10,761 nucleotides of DNA, taken from NCBI GenBank assembly GCA_964247135.1, contig CAXTTL010000167.1:1-10761 (forward strand). The letters are read 5' to 3'. The DNA is from an uncultured Deinococcales bacterium. GTDB lineage: Bacteria; Deinococcota; Deinococci; Deinococcales; JAAFIG01. A program made the position numbers and the translations under genes. Shown here in pieces: positions 7,029 to 10,761 of the stretch. Position 1 is the first letter of the stretch. The number at the start of each line of letters is the position of its first letter. The notes beneath the pieces were generated by a model. That model was not told where the DNA came from. It ran no database searches and saw only the letters and a program-made list of their open reading frames with translations.

Positions 7029-7906
7029 GGCTCGAGCCTGGTTGCACGATAGGCTTTGTGGGTTTGGGTTTGATGGGCAAACCGATGGCGCTCAATCTTT
7101 TACAGGCTGGTTTCAAGCTGCGGGTTTGGAATCGAACGCCAGAAAAAGCGCTCGAGGTGGCGGCGGCGGGGGCAGAACTTGTCTCGAGTTTGCCAGAAGT
7201 TGCAAAAGGCGCGAGCGCCGTCATCACCATGCTCGAGAATGGCGCGGCGGTGACTGAGGTTTTGTTCTCGAGCGGTTTGGTTGGGGCGAGCACCCCAGGA
7301 ACCGTTTTTATTGACATGAGTTCAATTGCGCCCGCCATTGCTGAGGATCATGCGCATTTGCTCGAGGATCGAGGATTGAGATACATTGATGCGCCAGTTT
7401 CGGGTGGCACGGTTGGCGCAGAAAACGGCACGCTGGCGATCATGGCGGGTGGACTCGAGGCTGAGATTGCGAGGGCTGGTGCCATTCTTGAGGCATTGGG
7501 CAAGGTCACGCACGTTGGACCGCACGGAAGCGGACAGCTTTGCAAATTGGTCAACCAAAGCATTGTTGCCATCACCATCGGCGCGGTGGCGGAAGGCTTG
7601 CTGCTCGCCAAAAAAGGGGGCGCCGATCCCGCCAAAGTCCGCCAAGCCATTATGGGCGGGTTTTGTCAGTCTCGGATTCTCGAGCTTCACGGTTTACGGA
7701 TGATCGAGGGCAACTTTGAACCTGGCGGCACGGTCAAAAATCAAATTAAAGACTTGAACGCGGTGCTCGAGGTCGCATCAAAACTCAAACTCGAGCTTCC
7801 ACTGACCGAACGTGTTCACGGTTTGTTCTCGGAATTGGCTGCAAATGGCGGTGAAATGCTCGACCACAGTGCCCTGTACTTGCAACTCGAGCGCCCAGAT
7901 TCTTGA
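7025..7906 (+). CDS. NAD(P)-dependent beta-hydroxyacid dehydrogenase (2-hydroxy-3-oxopropionate reductase / 3-hydroxyisobutyrate dehydrogenase family)
   Basis: Start GTG 7025 overlaps the upstream TGA (GTGA), giving 293 aa. Motifs IGFVGLGLMG, WNRT, IDMSS, DAPVSGG, catalytic GQLCKLVNQ and the C-terminal KDL. Confidence 0.9.
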   Translation: MRLEPGCTIGFVGLGLMGKPMALNLLQAGFKLRVWNRTPEKALEVAAAGAELVSSLPEVAKGASAVITMLENGAAVTEVLFSSGLVGASTPGTVFIDMSSIAPAIAEDHAHLLEDRGLRYIDAPVSGGTVGAENGTLAIMAGGLEAEIARAGAILEALGKVTHVGPHGSGQLCKLVNQSIVAITIGAVAEGLLLAKKGGADPAKVRQAIMGGFCQSRILELHGLRMIEGNFEPGGTVKNQIKDLNAVLEVASKLKLELPLTERVHGLFSELAANGGEMLDHSALYLQLERPDS

Positions 7907-7967
7907 AGATTTTGTTCAACTCGGTTCAAACGTGGCATAATCTCGAGTTTTCTTTTGTTCGCGTGCT

Positions 7968-7982
7968 TATGATGTGTTGGTG
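7968..7982 (+). promoter_or_regulatory. -10 element (TATGAT) 6 nt upstream of GTG: probable leaderless promoter of plsY
   Basis: TATGAT 7968-7973, 6-nt spacer and in-frame GTG at 7980-7982. No SD upstream. Confidence 0.55.
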
Positions 7983-8681
7983 AACTACAACTTTCTCTGG
8001 GTGGCGGTCGTGGCATACCTGTTCGGTTCGATACCGTTCGGGGTGCTGGTGGCGCGAACGTATGCCATTGACGTGCAAAAAGTTGGCTCGGGCAACACGG
8101 GCGCGAGCAACGTCTTGCGATCTGCGGGTTGGGGTCCTGGTTTGGTCGTGGCGCTGGCGGACATCATGAAAAGTGGTGTTGCGGTTTTGATCGCGCAAGC
8201 CTTTGGAATGCCCAGTTGGGAAGTGATGCTGGTCGGTTGGTGCGCCGTGATTGGGCACAATTATTCCATTTTTTTGGGCTTCAAGGGCGGCAAGGGCGTT
8301 GCCGCGTCGTTCGGCACAATTGCGTTTCTTGACATCGGGCTGGGCATCGCCATCTTGCCGTTGTTTATCATTACCGTTTTGGTGACGCGCTTCACCAGTG
8401 CGGCATCGATCATTGCCTCAGCCTCGAGTGTGATTTTGGCGATAGCCATGCAGCGCGAATGGTGGAAAGTGCTCATGCTGGGCGGTTTGGCGCTCATGAT
8501 TGCCTTCAAGCACCGCGACAACCTCGGGCGGATGTACGCGGGCATCGAGCGCCGCATCGACCAGCGCGAACCTCGGGTCGTCTCGAGCGACACGGCAAAA
8601 CCTGGTACGGTGGACGCTTTGTTCAGGTCCGAGCCGCAGGAGCACATTCCGGTTTCGGAACCCGAGAAAAAATCCGAATGA
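7980..8681 (+). CDS. plsY: Glycerol-3-phosphate acyltransferase PlsY
   Basis: AYLFGSIPFG, motif 1 GSGNTGASNVLR, DIMK, GHNYS, motif 2 FKGGKGVA and motif 3 HRDNLGR, in a multi-TM protein. Start GTG 7980 is preferred; GTG 7974 is also in frame. Confidence 0.93.
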   Translation: MNYNFLWVAVVAYLFGSIPFGVLVARTYAIDVQKVGSGNTGASNVLRSAGWGPGLVVALADIMKSGVAVLIAQAFGMPSWEVMLVGWCAVIGHNYSIFLGFKGGKGVAASFGTIAFLDIGLGIAILPLFIITVLVTRFTSAASIIASASSVILAIAMQREWWKVLMLGGLALMIAFKHRDNLGRMYAGIERRIDQREPRVVSSDTAKPGTVDALFRSEPQEHIPVSEPEKKSE

Positions 8682-9385
8682 ACTCGAGCATCATGACTTT
8701 TGGCAAGCTCGAGTCCTTGGATATTTTATGCATTGCGCCTCACCCCGACGATGGCGAAATTGGTTGCGGCGGCAGTTTGGCGAGGGCAAAATCTGAAGGC
8801 AAACGCACTGGGATTCTCGAGTTGACGCTTGGCGAAATGGGCAGTTTGGGAACGCCCGAAATTCGCTTAACGGAGGCTCGGGCGGCGGCAGAAATTCTGG
8901 GCTTGAGTTTCCGTGGAAACCTGCGTTGGAACGACGGTGCAATTCAGGATTCTGAAACGTATCGGCTCGAGTTGGCGCAAGTCATCCGTGATTTGAAACC
9001 CAAAACCTTGCTTGTCCCGCACGAGACAGACCGTCACCCAGACCATGTTGGGGCGGCGAAGGTGGCGACTGCGGCGCTGCATTTCGCGGGGTTGCGCAAA
9101 GCCAAACTATCTGGCGAACCGCACAAGGTTTCCAAGGTGTTGTATTACCAAGGCAACTCGCCCATCGAGGCGAACCTGCTGGTGAATGTCACCGATGTTA
9201 TGGATGTTTGGGAAGCCGCCGTCTTGGCGCACGCCAGCCAATTCACCGGCGAAGCCGTTTCCGAAACCGTGAGTCCAGAAATTTTAGATCGCCGAAAAGC
9301 CAGAATGATGTACTGGGGCACGTTTATTGGGGCGCGTTACGCTGAAAGTTATCAGTCTCGGGTGCCGCTCGAGTTTGGACTGTAA
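8678..9385 (+). CDS. bshB1: LmbE/PIG-L family deacetylase, bacillithiol biosynthesis deacetylase BshB1-like
   Basis: ATG 8678 overlaps the plsY TGA (ATGA), giving 235 aa. Motifs APHPDDGEIGCGG, LTLGEMGS..TPEIRLTEA, DRHPDH, AHASQF and GARYAE. Confidence 0.85.
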   Translation: MNSSIMTFGKLESLDILCIAPHPDDGEIGCGGSLARAKSEGKRTGILELTLGEMGSLGTPEIRLTEARAAAEILGLSFRGNLRWNDGAIQDSETYRLELAQVIRDLKPKTLLVPHETDRHPDHVGAAKVATAALHFAGLRKAKLSGEPHKVSKVLYYQGNSPIEANLLVNVTDVMDVWEAAVLAHASQFTGEAVSETVSPEILDRRKARMMYWGTFIGARYAESYQSRVPLEFGL

Positions 9386-9397
9386 ACTGCAAAGGTG
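9383..9397 (+). promoter_or_regulatory. -10 element (TAAACT) 6 nt upstream of GTG, overlapping the bshB1 stop codon
   Basis: TAAACT 9383-9388, spacer GCAAAG and GTG 9395-9397. No correctly spaced SD. Confidence 0.5.
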
Positions 9398-10096
9398 TCC
9401 GAATCCGCCCCCGTGGTCAATCCCAAATCCTGGCATCGTCCAGAATTGCGTTCCATTGAGGTCACCCGAACCCTCGAGCGATTGTTGGAACGAATTTTGG
9501 AACGGTTCCCGAATTCTGGTTTAAGTCGCGTTTGTACAGACTTGATCAAAATTTCCAAAGACACCAAAGAGGTGGCAACCTGGATCATCAAGCCGCTCTG
9601 GTCGGTAAGGATCGGCATTGGACTCTTTTTATTGTTTGTCACCGTGGCACTGATGTTCACCGTCTCGAGGTCACAGATTGGCGTGTCCAAAATTGATTTG
9701 CAAAGCTTGGTCTCGATGCTCGAGTCGATCACCAACGAGCTGGTTTTGCTGGTGGCTGGAATTTTTTCGCTCATCACCATCGAATCTCGCATCAAGCGTG
9801 GGCGCGTGATCGATGCCATCACCAACCTCCGCGCCGTGGCGCACATCATCGACATGCACCAACTGACCAAAGCCCCAGGCTCGGGTCAGCACGGTTTAAA
9901 CAACGAAAACCTGGCGCGGTATTTGGATTACTGCTCGGAGATGCTCAGTTTGGTGTCCAAAATCGCATTTTTGTACGTCAATAATTTTGACGATGCCGCC
10001 GCAAACCAGAGCGTCAATGAACTCGAGGATTTGACCTCGGGTTTGTCGCGCAAGATTTGGCAGAAAATCACGATTATTCTCGATCAGGACGGTTGA
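9395..10096 (+). CDS. Uncharacterised membrane protein (two predicted TM helices plus helical soluble domain)
   Basis: 233 aa filling the gap between bshB1 and the convergent gene. Hydrophobic segments IGIGLFLLFVTVALMFTV and LVLLVAGIFSLITI. Motif-like stretches LLERILERFPNSGL, AHIIDMHQLTK, RYLDYCSEMLSL and LSRKIWQKI. Confidence 0.8.
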   Translation: MSESAPVVNPKSWHRPELRSIEVTRTLERLLERILERFPNSGLSRVCTDLIKISKDTKEVATWIIKPLWSVRIGIGLFLLFVTVALMFTVSRSQIGVSKIDLQSLVSMLESITNELVLLVAGIFSLITIESRIKRGRVIDAITNLRAVAHIIDMHQLTKAPGSGQHGLNNENLARYLDYCSEMLSLVSKIAFLYVNNFDDAAANQSVNELEDLTSGLSRKIWQKITIILDQDG

Positions 10097-10761
10097 AGTT
10101 GCTGCTCGAGTTCTTTGGGTGTATTCACGGGCATTTGACACGCCAGGTTTTCGCAAACGTAAGCGGTCGCTTTGTCCTCAATCATCTCGCGTTGCTCGAG
10201 CACGGGCAGGTAGCCCTCCCCTGCCGGAGCGGCGACCACCGCAACGTGCGGCAAGAATCTCGAGTTGAGGACTTTGAGCAAAGCTTTGGTGTCGTCATGT
10301 TCGAGGTTGCCGATGATGGCGACTTCGCGCATCGGGCTGGCGTGGGCTTCCAGGGCTTGCAGCAAACTGCCAAAACCCGTGGGCTGGCGGTGCATGACTT
10401 CCAGCATGTGTTTGATCGGCTCGAGCGCCAATTGTTCCCATTCATGTTTGCCCGTTAAGCGCGAAAGCTCAATCAACAGCATTGCCATTGCGCCGTTGCC
10501 GCTCGGCATGGCGCTGTCAAAATAACCTTTGGGTCGGACAATCAGTTTCTCGCCGTCTTTGGGCGTGTCAAAAAAGCCGCCGTTCGGGTCAGAAAACAAT
10601 TCGATGGCAGCGTTGGTCAATTGAACCGCAAACTCGAGGTGCTCGCGGTTGAAGGTCGTGCGGTACAACTCGAGCAATCCGAGGGCGTAAAAGCCGTAAT
10701 CGTCGAGCATCCCGTCGATTTCGGAAATTCCGTTTTTATGGGTGTGCAGCAGGCGTCCCTT
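10084..10761 (-). CDS. Thioredoxin domain-containing YyaL/SPATA20 (DUF255) family protein, C-terminal part; 5' end outside window
   Basis: Frame stays open to the window edge (KGRLLHTHKNGISEIDGMLDDY...). Motifs LDDY, GGFFDT, DSAMPSGN and ATAYVCENLACQMP. Stop TGA at 10086-10084, overlapping the 3' end of the + strand gene by 13 bp. Confidence 0.88.
   Translation of the reverse strand, partial: KGRLLHTHKNGISEIDGMLDDYGFYALGLLELYRTTFNREHLEFAVQLTNAAIELFSDPNGGFFDTPKDGEKLIVRPKGYFDSAMPSGNGAMAMLLIELSRLTGKHEWEQLALEPIKHMLEVMHRQPTGFGSLLQALEAHASPMREVAIIGNLEHDDTKALLKVLNSRFLPHVAVVAAPAGEGYLPVLEQREMIEDKATAYVCENLACQMPVNTPKELEQQLQPS

Larger units (their letters stand above)
54..10674. repeat. Dispersed highly iterated palindrome CTCGAG (about 68 copies)
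   Basis: Hand count of about 68 exact copies (for example 54, 237, 433, 507, 547, 588, 1871, 3581, 5372, 5379, 6042, 7031, 7942, 10669), about one per 160 bp. Confidence 0.93.

Noticed and set aside
8459-8677. 73-residue N-terminal extension of the 8459..9385 ORF
   Set aside because: It lies inside plsY. The ATGA overlap at 8678 gives a normal-length BshB1-like protein.
54-10674. CTCGAG abundance as a cloning or XhoI-ligation artefact
   Set aside because: Reading frames and family motifs run intact across the sites, so they are native sequence rather than junctions.

Overview
Bacterial chromosomal window with nine genes on + and one convergent gene on -. It is probably from a Deinococcota genome (inferred from the plsY-bshB1 linkage, leaderless-type promoters and an ATAC...GTAT small repeat). 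Left part (1-7906) is a sugar/sugar-acid uptake and catabolism cluster: D-2-hydroxyacid dehydrogenase (5'-truncated), L-idonate 5-dehydrogenase-like MDR, a three-gene CUT2 ABC sugar transporter behind a sigma70 promoter overlapped by a LacI-family palindromic operator, an SMP-30/gluconolactonase and a beta-hydroxyacid dehydrogenase. Right part (7968-10761) is housekeeping: plsY, bshB1, an uncharacterised two-TM protein and the C-terminal part of a YyaL/SPATA20-like protein. The most striking signal is non-genic: the palindrome CTCGAG occurs about 68 times by hand count (about 3 expected, about 20-fold excess), in all three reading frames and in spacers, like a HIP1-type highly iterated palindrome. 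The 5825-6116 spacer holds two adjacent structured repeats, a REP-like hairpin and a 137-bp SRE/SNR-like element. No transposase, CRISPR array, tRNA or rRNA was seen.
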